The translations under genes were made by a program, and so were the position numbers. Below, in pieces: positions 45,779-53,899 of a stretch of 64,000 bases of DNA; position 1 is the stretch's first letter, and the number at the start of each line of letters is the position of its first letter. The stretch comes from a virus (Duplodnaviria; Heunggongvirae; Uroviricota; Caudoviricetes). The stretch lies in IMG/VR virus record IMGVR_UViG_3300013232_000486; one strand, given 5' to 3'. Under the pieces are notes generated by a model. It saw only the letters and a program-made list of their open reading frames with translations. It ran no database searches and was not told the origin of the DNA.

Positions 45779-45846
45779 TTCAACGTCTCCTTTCAGTTGA
45801 AGTATACCATGCTCATTGTGCCTTTCAACTTGGCGTGCCGCTGTGC

Positions 45847-46344
45847 CTAGGGCATAAGATGGTTTTTCCCACACGCTTTTAGGTTCTCGACCATCCTGGC
45901 TGGGGCGATCAGGCGCGGGGTCCATTGGAGATGCCCGCAAGACAAGATCTCTCCCCATGATATCCATTCGGTTTGTTTTCGCCAGTTGGCCACCAAGAAC
46001 TGGTCAGTCCACGTTTTCCTGGGCTTGCCCTTCTTGTAGGCAACGGCAAGGACTGAGTGGAAGCCTCTCTCGCAATGGACGGCCATGGCGCAAGGAAGGT
46101 ATTTGGCGACCCAATAGACGTCCCATTGGAGGTCGAAGTACTCTAGGCCGAGCCTTTCACGCTCAAATTTGGTTTCCAGCGCCGAGCCATGGATGCATTT
46201 GGCCTTTTTGCAGATCTCCTTGTACCGCCTCGTCCCAATTTTCGGGACAAGGCGCTCAAGTCCCCAAAAACGAGCCGCGTTCCAGATCGAAACGAGCTTG
46301 CATTCCGAATATAGCTGCTCGTTCTGGTACTCAGGGTGATTCAT
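45847..46344 (-). CDS. Possible papain-like (C39-type) peptidase
   Basis: Q..SEC near the N-terminus, GFHSVL and VANW, in the order of a catalytic Cys/His/Asn triad. Confidence 0.4.
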   Translation of the reverse strand: MNHPEYQNEQLYSECKLVSIWNAARFWGLERLVPKIGTRRYKEICKKAKCIHGSALETKFERERLGLEYFDLQWDVYWVAKYLPCAMAVHCERGFHSVLAVAYKKGKPRKTWTDQFLVANWRKQTEWISWGEILSCGHLQWTPRLIAPARMVENLKACGKNHLMP

Positions 46345-46853
46345 GCCTTTTCCTCTTCCGCGAGGGTGGTTATGTTTGTGGAGAAGCCCAAGTAGCTTTC
46401 AAGGAGACTTTCGGCCCTTCCGATATGAGCGGTCAGTTGGTCGAAGTAAGGCGCTCTCCATTTGGTTCTCATCCCAGCTTTGTGAGCAGTGTTAATAAGC
46501 CCGAACACACGTCGTATCTCCTTCACGTTGGCCTTAACCATGCTGGCCGCCTCGGAAGGGGAGCCGTGATCAAAGCCACATTTATGGAGCAGCGCTGCCA
46601 CCTTTTCGGCCCGTTTCGGGTTATCTCTCACCTTTTCAGAGCATACCGCCATGATCTTCGCGGCATATTTCTCCATCAACTCCATCTGGGCCAGCTTCAG
46701 ATTCTTCATGGCTCCCATTTTGAGCCTCCTTTGCCTGAAGTATACCCTATTCTGACTATCGTTCAATGCCTCGTGCCTGGTATGATTGAACCATGAGCTT
46801 TCAACCAGCGCGACTTGTGGGAAACTGGGCGAATAAGATCGCTCTTGGTTCAA
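46341..46853 (-). CDS. Hypothetical protein (true start likely near 46709-46718)
   Basis: Helical ORF with a 4-nt overlap to the downstream gene; the long 5' extension overlaps the opposite-strand gene. Confidence 0.6.
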   Translation of the reverse strand: MNQERSYSPSFPQVALVESSWFNHTRHEALNDSQNRVYFRQRRLKMGAMKNLKLAQMELMEKYAAKIMAVCSEKVRDNPKRAEKVAALLHKCGFDHGSPSEAASMVKANVKEIRRVFGLINTAHKAGMRTKWRAPYFDQLTAHIGRAESLLESYLGFSTNITTLAEEEKA

Positions 46854-47605
46854 CTACGGCGGCGGTAGAAAACCCGCCACTAACAATTGGCCTTCCTCAC
46901 GACGTTGGTGGCAACCCATTCAATAACAGCATTGTCTTTTGGCACGGAAGGTGGCTGATGACTTATCGACGTTCAGCAAACCTTTTCATTATTGAGTTGT
47001 CTAACAATTTTGAATACATAGACAAAGCGAGGCTGCTGATCAAGAACGCGATAGATGGAAGACTTTGCATATTGAATGGCAGTTTGTATTGCTCCTACTC
47101 GTCACTTGAGCAAGGTACCCGTTGCCATATGCACATCTGCAAACTCGACGATAACCTAAACATGGTCTTTGAAAAGCATTTCGATCCCATAAAAAAGCAT
47201 TGGGAGAAAAACTGGATGTTTTGTTCAATTGACGAAGAGATTTTCTGTGTTTACGACTACCAGCCCCTGTTGACTGTGTGGCATATGAACGAAAATTTTG
47301 AAGTAACTAACATCATTGCCAAGAAAACCATCGGTTGGGAATATGGGGCTATTCGAGGGAATACACCGCCGATACTGATCGACGGGAACCTCGTGATGAT
47401 CGTCCACTCCAAGATCAATAGAGGCTTGTACGTTAACGCTGTTTTACGGATGACAAAGAGTTTTGATATCCTCTCCATGCAAAAAATTGACATTGACAAC
47501 TTCGGAATTGTATTTCCATGTGGACTTGTGGAGTATCACGGGAAGTACTTCGTGTCATACGGAATAGATGATCGTGCTTGTAGGGTTCGCGAGGTTCTGC
47601 TATGA
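46793..47605 (+). CDS. Five-bladed beta-propeller glycosidase-like (GH130/DUF377-like) protein with the N-terminal tag
   Basis: FNNSI..YR..DGRL..EKNWM..RG.TPP..VFPCGL..VSYG.DD. Confidence 0.65.
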   Translation: MSFQPARLVGNWANKIALGSTTAAVENPPLTIGLPHDVGGNPFNNSIVFWHGRWLMTYRRSANLFIIELSNNFEYIDKARLLIKNAIDGRLCILNGSLYCSYSSLEQGTRCHMHICKLDDNLNMVFEKHFDPIKKHWEKNWMFCSIDEEIFCVYDYQPLLTVWHMNENFEVTNIIAKKTIGWEYGAIRGNTPPILIDGNLVMIVHSKINRGLYVNAVLRMTKSFDILSMQKIDIDNFGIVFPCGLVEYHGKYFVSYGIDDRACRVREVLL

Positions 47606-48060
47606 CATGGGCCGTCAAGGATAACATGATCCAATGGATTTTCGGTCACATTCCGCGTGGTCAAGCCATCGTCGAACTTGGAAGCGGCGATGGAACCACC
47701 AGGCTGTTATGCGAAGACTACGTCCTCTACTCTGTCGAGCATGATCTGAAGTGGCTTAACAAGTACCCCAGTCAATACATTTTTTCTCCCATCTGTGACG
47801 GCTGGTACCATCCTATCTTTCTTCGGGACAACTTACCAATGGAATACCGCCTTCTTATTATTGATGGTCCTATTGGTACAAACAGAGTTGGGATTATTGA
47901 CTTCTTCTATCTGTTCAGACGCGACATTCCCATAGCCATTGATGACATCAAGCGGCCAGGAGAGAAGAAGATCATCGACTTCTTGGTTGGGCTAGGGTAC
48001 AAGATCGGATACAGCGACACATCAGATTCAAAGAGATGGTTAGTGATGGTCCCAGTATGA
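47602..48060 (+). CDS. Class I SAM-dependent methyltransferase-like protein
   Basis: IVELGSGDGT; SVEHD..W; LIIDGP; IDD..R. Confidence 0.75.
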   Translation: MTWAVKDNMIQWIFGHIPRGQAIVELGSGDGTTRLLCEDYVLYSVEHDLKWLNKYPSQYIFSPICDGWYHPIFLRDNLPMEYRLLIIDGPIGTNRVGIIDFFYLFRRDIPIAIDDIKRPGEKKIIDFLVGLGYKIGYSDTSDSKRWLVMVPV

Positions 48061-48067
48061 TCTACCC

Positions 48068-48244
48068 ATGATAGACGCTGCGCTCGAAATACTCTTTATG
48101 TTGATTCTAGTTACTCTTCTGGACTCTTTGTCGCGGTTCAGTGAATGCTATGGCATTACCGCTGGCTTGTTTTCATTTATGGTCGGGTGGGAAACTGGCC
48201 ACTTATTGACGAACTTGTTCAAGAGCAGCGAGAGAAACGGCTAG
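48068..48244 (+). CDS. Small two-TM membrane protein
   Basis: Manual translation MIDAALEILFMLILVTLL..AGLFSFMVGW (58 aa, below the ORF-track cutoff). Confidence 0.4.
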   Translation: MIDAALEILFMLILVTLLDSLSRFSECYGITAGLFSFMVGWETGHLLTNLFKSSERNG

Positions 48245-48772
48245 AATCTTGTCGTACTCGTCGTACCCAACGACCTCCAGCGGGATTCCAGCCTCTCCCA
48301 TCGTGTCCTTGATGATCTTGTCCATCTCTGCGGCTTGGGCCTGATCTTCGTAGCGTCCGACACGACTATAGGTCAAGTCTTTTCGATCCACGAAGAAGTT
48401 GAACGACGGATAGTCCTCGCCGAAGCGCATGCCGATCTTAAGCAAGTCGCGCCATATCGGAAGATTGTTTCTGCGGGCATAACAGATACCAAGAAGAACG
48501 GGGCTGTCAGTGACGATCAGAGAGTTCGACGCCCTTAAGACCACGTCTTCTCTGTGCATTTGCTTGGCGAGTATGTAGAACTGGTCATATCCGCGTATCT
48601 TCGTCCCGATGAAGCTCCACGCCTTCACGTATTCCCCCGCGAACTCTGCTTGTATCCCACGAAGCTTCAAGTCTGCCGTGAGTCTCATGGCCAGAGTGGA
48701 CTTTGAGCAGTTCGGGCCACCAAAGAACGATATTCGGCGAGTGATTTTTGGTACCACTGGAACGCTATCCAT
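48203..48772 (-). CDS. NadR/Ttd14-like AAA_28 P-loop ATPase
   Basis: ISFFGGPNCSKSTLA; EYVK; IVTDSP; R....R. Confidence 0.78.
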   Translation of the reverse strand: MDSVPVVPKITRRISFFGGPNCSKSTLAMRLTADLKLRGIQAEFAGEYVKAWSFIGTKIRGYDQFYILAKQMHREDVVLRASNSLIVTDSPVLLGICYARRNNLPIWRDLLKIGMRFGEDYPSFNFFVDRKDLTYSRVGRYEDQAQAAEMDKIIKDTMGEAGIPLEVVGYDEYDKILAVSLAALEQVRQ

Positions 48773-48791
48773 GTGTTTCCTCCTCTTGACG

Positions 48792-48819
48792 ATGATAGCG
48801 AATGGTGCAAACCAGTCAA
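48792..48819 (-). promoter_or_regulatory. Promoter TTGACT-N16-TATCAT
   Basis: Upstream of the AAA_28 gene. Confidence 0.65.
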
Positions 48820-48845
48820 GAAACATTGTCGAGGAAGCGTACTAC

Positions 48846-48873
48846 TTGTATGTGCCAGTACGTGTGGTACAGT
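48846..48873 (+). promoter_or_regulatory. Promoter TTGTAT-N16-TACAGT with an extended -10 TG
   Basis: Upstream of AAGGAG and ATG 48896. Confidence 0.5.
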
Positions 48874-48895
48874 AGTACTGAAAGGAGCCACAACC

Positions 48896-49795
48896 ATGGC
48901 CAAGAGAGAGAAGACCAGTCAGAAGACGAAGGCGGGCAACCAAGGGGACGTTCCCAAACACGTGAGCCTGATGTTGCTCGCGGGGAAGCTTTTGCAGATC
49001 CATAATCACCTTTCCGAACCGTTTATCTACCTTGAGACTCACGCTGGATACCCGAGCTATCCTTTGTCGAAAGGCGGTTCTTGGGAAGAAGGCGTGGAAA
49101 GGCTAGACAAGGCTCTTGGCCATGCCGTCAAAGGCCTCGTGGGCGGACACCCCATGTCAAAGCCTCTGTTGTCACCATACGCGCCGTTTGACGAATACCT
49201 GGAAACGAGTGGCTTCCGTGTGACTGAAAAATCAACGTACTATGGATCGTCAACGCTCGTCGAAAATGCCGCTCATGCCCATCTAAAGAACATTCATATG
49301 ATCCTCCATGACACAAACAAAGGTACTTGTATGTCTCTCAAAACTTTCTTCCCGTCACATCAGATCGAACTTGGAGATGGGTACGAGGGGGCCAACGTCT
49401 ATTGCCGACAAATCCAACCCACTCCCAATCTCGTCCTGATCGACCCGTTCGCCCTCGGAGAAAACCAAGAAGACGATATCCGTCCGCTTGTCACCCTGCT
49501 GGCAGACAAGGGCATTCCGTTCCTCTGCTGGACACCGCGCCTGGGTCCCATCGGGAAGCATTCCAAGGTCAGCAAAAAATACCCCGAAGAACCCAAGTAC
49601 GTCGCGTTCCAGGAATGGGCCAAGGGAAGAGGGCTAAAGCCCATCTTGCTTTCGTGGAAGAAGCCGAACCCTCACATGTGGGGCTGCTGCCTTCTTACCA
49701 ACGAGGTCTTCGAGCCCATGATCAGAAGCAACATGCAAAATCTCTGCGTGGTCATGAGCCACGTCAAGGGTACGCAGTGGGTTTTGTGGCCGTAA
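48896..49795 (+). CDS. RlmJ-like (N6-adenine) methyltransferase
   Basis: KAGNQGDV.KH; YLETHAG..Y.L; YYGS; DGYEG; LVLIDPF. Confidence 0.72.
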   Translation: MAKREKTSQKTKAGNQGDVPKHVSLMLLAGKLLQIHNHLSEPFIYLETHAGYPSYPLSKGGSWEEGVERLDKALGHAVKGLVGGHPMSKPLLSPYAPFDEYLETSGFRVTEKSTYYGSSTLVENAAHAHLKNIHMILHDTNKGTCMSLKTFFPSHQIELGDGYEGANVYCRQIQPTPNLVLIDPFALGENQEDDIRPLVTLLADKGIPFLCWTPRLGPIGKHSKVSKKYPEEPKYVAFQEWAKGRGLKPILLSWKKPNPHMWGCCLLTNEVFEPMIRSNMQNLCVVMSHVKGTQWVLWP

Positions 49796-49803
49796 CGTGC
49801 CAG

Positions 49804-49831
49804 TTGACAAATCGACCTTCGGTTGTATGAT
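49804..49831 (+). promoter_or_regulatory. Promoter TTGACA-N16-TATGAT
   Basis: Upstream of the Ubl gene pair. Confidence 0.72.
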
Positions 49832-49870
49832 TCAAACAGAGTCGAAGAGGAACCCTCAAGGAGAGAGACG

Positions 49871-50173
49871 ATGAAGCTGAAGATCATGTGTAAGACTGGC
49901 CCGAACGGCGGAGACTTGCGCTTGGAAGCGCCCGTCGAAGACGCCAAGGTCGTGTTCGACCGTTTGACGGGTCGGACGTCCAAGGCCATGCCGCGTGAGA
50001 TCGCGGATCGCATGGGCCTTCGTGAAATCCCTGGCATCGAGAGCGAGGGGATCAAGATGGGCTATATCGTCGCCCGAGAGCGCCCCAATGACGTCCCTGA
50101 AGTCATCAAGCGCTTTGAGGACCTTGTCCCCGAGGACTCGGTCATCTTGATGCCGCCTCAGGTCGGCGGGTAA
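49871..50173 (+). CDS. Small ubiquitin-like candidate (C-terminal diglycine)
   Basis: 100 aa ending EDSVILMPPQVGG-stop. Confidence 0.6.
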   Translation: MKLKIMCKTGPNGGDLRLEAPVEDAKVVFDRLTGRTSKAMPREIADRMGLREIPGIESEGIKMGYIVARERPNDVPEVIKRFEDLVPEDSVILMPPQVGG

Positions 50174-50203
50174 GCTTCGGCCACTTGAAGAGCGAGTCGA
50201 ACC

Positions 50204-51028
50204 ATGATCACCATCGGCCCAACTCGCTGGTTCGCTCAGGCAACCCGCGTCTCAGAGCGGGGAGGTAGGACGAAGTACGACCTTCGCCTCCTTCCAGAGG
50301 CCGACAAGTACCTCATCACCAAGCTGGTCTACGAAGGCCTCAACGAGAAACTCGTTGAGGCCGAGTTGTTCCCAGAAGACATCTCCGTGACCGCGTGGCT
50401 GAACACGTGGGAGGCTTGCGGGGCCGAGGAGTTGCGGCTCTGCAAGTCGCTCTGCGAGGAACTCGCCGCCCAGGCCGTTGGCGAGGGCATGCGCCTTCAC
50501 ATTTTCAGGCCAGAAGGGCTGGAAAAGTACGCCCGTCAGTTGGTCATCAGCGAGGGCTTGCTGAGGGCCATACAGAAGCCGAACGAGACTCCCACGTTCA
50601 TTGAAGAGGCGGATGTCCGTGAGGACTTGCGGGAGGTCATTGACGCTAAGCGTCTTGCGGCTGAACGGGCCGCTCAAGCTGCGCAAGAACAGTATGAGCG
50701 TGAACACAAATACAGCGCCGAATCACGCAAACGATCCATGGCGTTGCTCTACGAGAATCTTCCAGAGGACATGGTGAAGGAAGCCAAGGAGCAACGGCAG
50801 ATCACCGTCAAAACCGAAAAGGGCGAGAGGTTCGTCGTCCCCGTCGAATCCCATGGCTTGGTCGAGCGGTACAACAAGGATGGCGTCTACGTCGGTCGGT
50901 ACTGTCTCATCTTCGCCGAGCATTCCATGCCCGTCGGTGACGAGGTCTTGATGAAGATGATCCTGATCAAGTCTGACCTCAAGACGTTCGTCAAGAAGGC
51001 GAATTTCTTCGCTGGTGATCGGTTCTAG
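50204..51028 (+). CDS. Uncharacterised partner of the Ubl-like protein
   Basis: Coiled-coil middle; C-domain LL..L...G.RF.V..G.V...RYC..P.GD.VL.K..LI..D...F...AN. Confidence 0.7.
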   Translation: MITIGPTRWFAQATRVSERGGRTKYDLRLLPEADKYLITKLVYEGLNEKLVEAELFPEDISVTAWLNTWEACGAEELRLCKSLCEELAAQAVGEGMRLHIFRPEGLEKYARQLVISEGLLRAIQKPNETPTFIEEADVREDLREVIDAKRLAAERAAQAAQEQYEREHKYSAESRKRSMALLYENLPEDMVKEAKEQRQITVKTEKGERFVVPVESHGLVERYNKDGVYVGRYCLIFAEHSMPVGDEVLMKMILIKSDLKTFVKKANFFAGDRF

Positions 51029-51030
51029 CA

Positions 51031-51058
51031 TTGACTCCAGCACGATCCTTGATATTAT
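51031..51058 (+). promoter_or_regulatory. Promoter TTGACT-N16-TATTAT
   Basis: Intergenic; followed by GGAGG and ATG 51078. Confidence 0.68.
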
Positions 51059-51077
51059 CAAGCTGGAGGGATAATGT

Positions 51078-51683
51078 ATGGCGTTGTTGATCTCGGCTTA
51101 TTCTGACACTCACGGCGAGAGGCCCCCAGCCATACCCGGCGACCTAGTTCTCCACGCTGGAGACGTCTACGAGAGTGATCGTCACGTGGAAGGCGTCAAG
51201 GAGTGGGCCAAGATAGACAAAAGGATCTTGGCGGTCAGAGGCAATCACGACGGGTTCGATCCAGTCGGGTTCTTCAACAGCAGAGAATTCACGGTCACGG
51301 CGGAAGGAAACCTTTGGTTCATCGGCCTTGGGTTTGCCACGCAAGACTTGTCGTATGGCCCATTCGCGGTTCCGAGCGAGCGTGGACTGTCCAGCATCGT
51401 CCATGAGGTTCTCAAGGAAACCGTTGACTTGATCCCGCCTGGAGCGCAGACCATCATTCTGTCGCATTATGCCCCGACGTCCATGTTCCATGGGCCGCAA
51501 GAGGGGTTCTTTTTCAACTGCATCCCGCTGATGTGTAAGGCGTTACGTCCAGTAGCCTTGCTGCATGGTCACATCCATGAGCTTTTCGGGCGTTCCTATT
51601 TCGTTGAGGGGACGCCGACATATTCGCTAGGTCCCAAAGGCTTGACTTTCACGGTCGAAGATGGCACAATCCGCGTTCGTTGA
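51078..51683 (+). CDS. Calcineurin-like metallophosphoesterase
   Basis: SDTHG; AGD; GNHD; SH.AP; HGHIHE. Confidence 0.88.
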   Translation: MALLISAYSDTHGERPPAIPGDLVLHAGDVYESDRHVEGVKEWAKIDKRILAVRGNHDGFDPVGFFNSREFTVTAEGNLWFIGLGFATQDLSYGPFAVPSERGLSSIVHEVLKETVDLIPPGAQTIILSHYAPTSMFHGPQEGFFFNCIPLMCKALRPVALLHGHIHELFGRSYFVEGTPTYSLGPKGLTFTVEDGTIRVR

Positions 51684-51693
51684 GGAGGTGTCC

Positions 51694-52062
51694 ATGGCCA
51701 CAAAGAACGACCCCGATGTTGTGTCCATACAGAAGCGTCGTGATTTGAAAGCGGCATACTACGACGCAATGGAGCAAGCTGGACTCGACGCTGGCCCAAT
51801 GGCCGAGTGGGAGCTGTCTTCCGACAAGATGATGACCGATCTCCGTGAGGCGCGAACCATTCGGGCCTGGAACAAGCACGCAAAGATGATCGAATCGGTA
51901 CATGAGTTCATCGACGCCGTCATCCAGATGAAAGAGATCGGAATGCCGCACGGGAATGTTTTTGAAGATAGCGATTTCAAGGAGTATCTCGAGTTTGCCA
52001 AGAGGTTCCTTGCCGAGCATCGCAAGGTGGAGACGCGACATGAAGGTAAAGACGCTGTTTGA
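51694..52062 (+). CDS. Hypothetical protein
   Basis: Strong ribosome-binding site GAGGAGGT. Confidence 0.65.
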   Translation: MATKNDPDVVSIQKRRDLKAAYYDAMEQAGLDAGPMAEWELSSDKMMTDLREARTIRAWNKHAKMIESVHEFIDAVIQMKEIGMPHGNVFEDSDFKEYLEFAKRFLAEHRKVETRHEGKDAV

Positions 52063-52288
52063 CGATCCCGCTGGGCGATGGGCGGCTGGTGAGATAGGCG
52101 ATGTTCTCGAGAACACGTACGCCGAGAAGTACGACTTCGAGGTCAAGCTTAGAGGAACGGTTCCTCTGCATAACTTCCTCGGGACGGGGCAAACGATATA
52201 CGCGGTGAGGGTCTACTACTTCTACAAGGACGAGGTTGAGGTTCTGCCAGAGGAGCAAGTCAATGGACAGGCAAATCATCGGGAATAA
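52040..52288 (+). CDS. Hypothetical SH3-like small protein
   Basis: ATG after GGAG; overlaps both neighbours. Confidence 0.5.
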   Translation: MKVKTLFDDPAGRWAAGEIGDVLENTYAEKYDFEVKLRGTVPLHNFLGTGQTIYAVRVYYFYKDEVEVLPEEQVNGQANHRE

Positions 52289-52838
52289 CGCCCCGAAAGT
52301 TGGCGTCACTCCATCCGTCGTTCTTGTTAATCCGAAGTTCCCGCATAACGTGGGAACATGCCAGCGGGCGTGTTCTTGCTTTGGGGTCAAGCAGCTTTGG
52401 TGGACTGGATCAAGAGTGAGGCTTGAGCCAGAGAAGGGCCAGCGCTTGCCAAGAGAAGAGAGGATGCGCGGCTACAAGGACGTTGATCTGATCGCCTACG
52501 ACCGCCCTCTCGACCAGTTCCCCAAGGGAACGGTTCCGATCGCCATCGAGGTTCGCGACAACAGCGAAGTGATGGACCTTGACTTCATCCATCCAGACAA
52601 TGCGGTGTACGTGTTCGGCCCAGAAGACGGCTCAATCCCGAAGCAGTTTCTACAGCATTGTCACCGCTTCGTGGTGATCCCAACGAAGCATTGCCTGAAC
52701 CTCGCAGCCGCAGTCAACGTCGTTTTGGCTCACAGGATGTTGACGCGGGGCGAGAGGTACGACATTGGCCAGATCGAGAACAGGGCTTGGGCCTCTCCGC
52801 CAGAAACAGACGTCTTTGAGCTTGAAGGAGTTGAATGA
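52263..52838 (+). CDS. TrmH/SpoU (SPOUT) RNA methyltransferase
   Basis: VLVNPKFPHNVG..R; IAIE; VYVFGPED; VVIP..CLNLAAAV. Confidence 0.88.
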   Translation: MDRQIIGNNAPKVGVTPSVVLVNPKFPHNVGTCQRACSCFGVKQLWWTGSRVRLEPEKGQRLPREERMRGYKDVDLIAYDRPLDQFPKGTVPIAIEVRDNSEVMDLDFIHPDNAVYVFGPEDGSIPKQFLQHCHRFVVIPTKHCLNLAAAVNVVLAHRMLTRGERYDIGQIENRAWASPPETDVFELEGVE

Positions 52839-53383
52839 TGAGTACTCCGATGTGTTACTGCGATTGGGTCAAGGCGGCTCAAGGAGATGAGCAAGCCTAC
52901 GAGCAGATGAGCAAGACGCTGAAGATGAACGTCCGCATTGGACACTACACCTCTTTCGGATGCTCTCATACTCCGCCTTGTCACGCGACCCAAGAACAGT
53001 TTGACGCCCTCAATGTCAGGCTCAAGAAGGACGTGTATGACAAACTCGAGGAAGAGCGTGATGCCGCTGCCCTTAAGTTTGACAAGGACGGCAAGCTTGT
53101 GACTGCCTTGTACATGGCTGGATCCACATACCGAGACTCCTTCCAGAGGGACGTTGAGTTGTGTATGGATTACTGTGGGTTTCCAGGGCCTTCGGGATCT
53201 GACAAGGATCCAGAATACCGTGACTCCATTTTGTCCATTCACATCGAAACGATGATCAAGTGCCTTGCCAGACTGTGCAAGTCTCGAAATGACCCTCGAC
53301 TGTTCGAAAGCCTCAAAGAAAAGATCAGCGAGATTGAAAAGGGCTTTGATCTTGCCAAGAAACCAGACGCAGAGAAAGCTTGA
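52835..53383 (+). CDS. Hypothetical protein
   Basis: 182-aa ORF with an ATGA overlap. Confidence 0.7.
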   Translation: MMSTPMCYCDWVKAAQGDEQAYEQMSKTLKMNVRIGHYTSFGCSHTPPCHATQEQFDALNVRLKKDVYDKLEEERDAAALKFDKDGKLVTALYMAGSTYRDSFQRDVELCMDYCGFPGPSGSDKDPEYRDSILSIHIETMIKCLARLCKSRNDPRLFESLKEKISEIEKGFDLAKKPDAEKA

Positions 53384-53744
53384 CATACATGTCAAGTCGG
53401 GGCCGCTGCTGGCCACAGGTTACACGCGCTTGGTTGTGGGTGGCCGTGGGCCATACGTCGAGATCCATCCGTCCCAACTAGTCCGAGAAGAGGTTGAAAT
53501 CGAGCCTGGCGAGGAGTATCGGCTAGGCGGGGAGTGGCGCGAGAAGGTCTTCTACGCATGGTACAGGACCAAGGTTGGCCACTACAAGGTCTATGAACAG
53601 TTCAAGTGGGTTGGGTACGCCGACTACGTTCCTGGATACTTCTACGTGAGTCCAGACGATGTCGTCTTTGATGGCGAATTGTATGCCGAAGTGTCCAAGC
53701 AAGTCGCCAAGAAAGACGAACAGCCGCAAATAGATTTCTCGTAA
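53265..53744 (+). CDS. Conserved-looking hypothetical protein (start uncertain, possibly TTG 53346)
   Basis: GYTRLVVGGRGPYVEI..Y.WY..KVY.Q..V.YADY..G.FYVSP. Confidence 0.6.
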   Translation: MPDCASLEMTLDCSKASKKRSARLKRALILPRNQTQRKLDIHVKSGPLLATGYTRLVVGGRGPYVEIHPSQLVREEVEIEPGEEYRLGGEWREKVFYAWYRTKVGHYKVYEQFKWVGYADYVPGYFYVSPDDVVFDGELYAEVSKQVAKKDEQPQIDFS

Positions 53745-53842
53745 TACGGTCATTTGTAATGGTTTTTCTGGAGTTGTAACTGTTTTGGCGAGCCAGAATG
53801 ACATTTGTACGCTTTTTTCATACTCGTCTTCCCCTTGAAAGA

Positions 53843-53858
53843 TTGGCATGTTTTTTGT
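53843..53858 (+). promoter_or_regulatory. Possible sigma54 -24/-12 promoter TTGGCATG-TTTTTT-GT
   Basis: GG-N10-GT spacing (GC is canonical) upstream of the Hsp20 gene. Confidence 0.35.
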
Positions 53859-53899
53859 TAATCTGTTCTGCGGGATCTGACTCATGAAAGGAGAACAAC

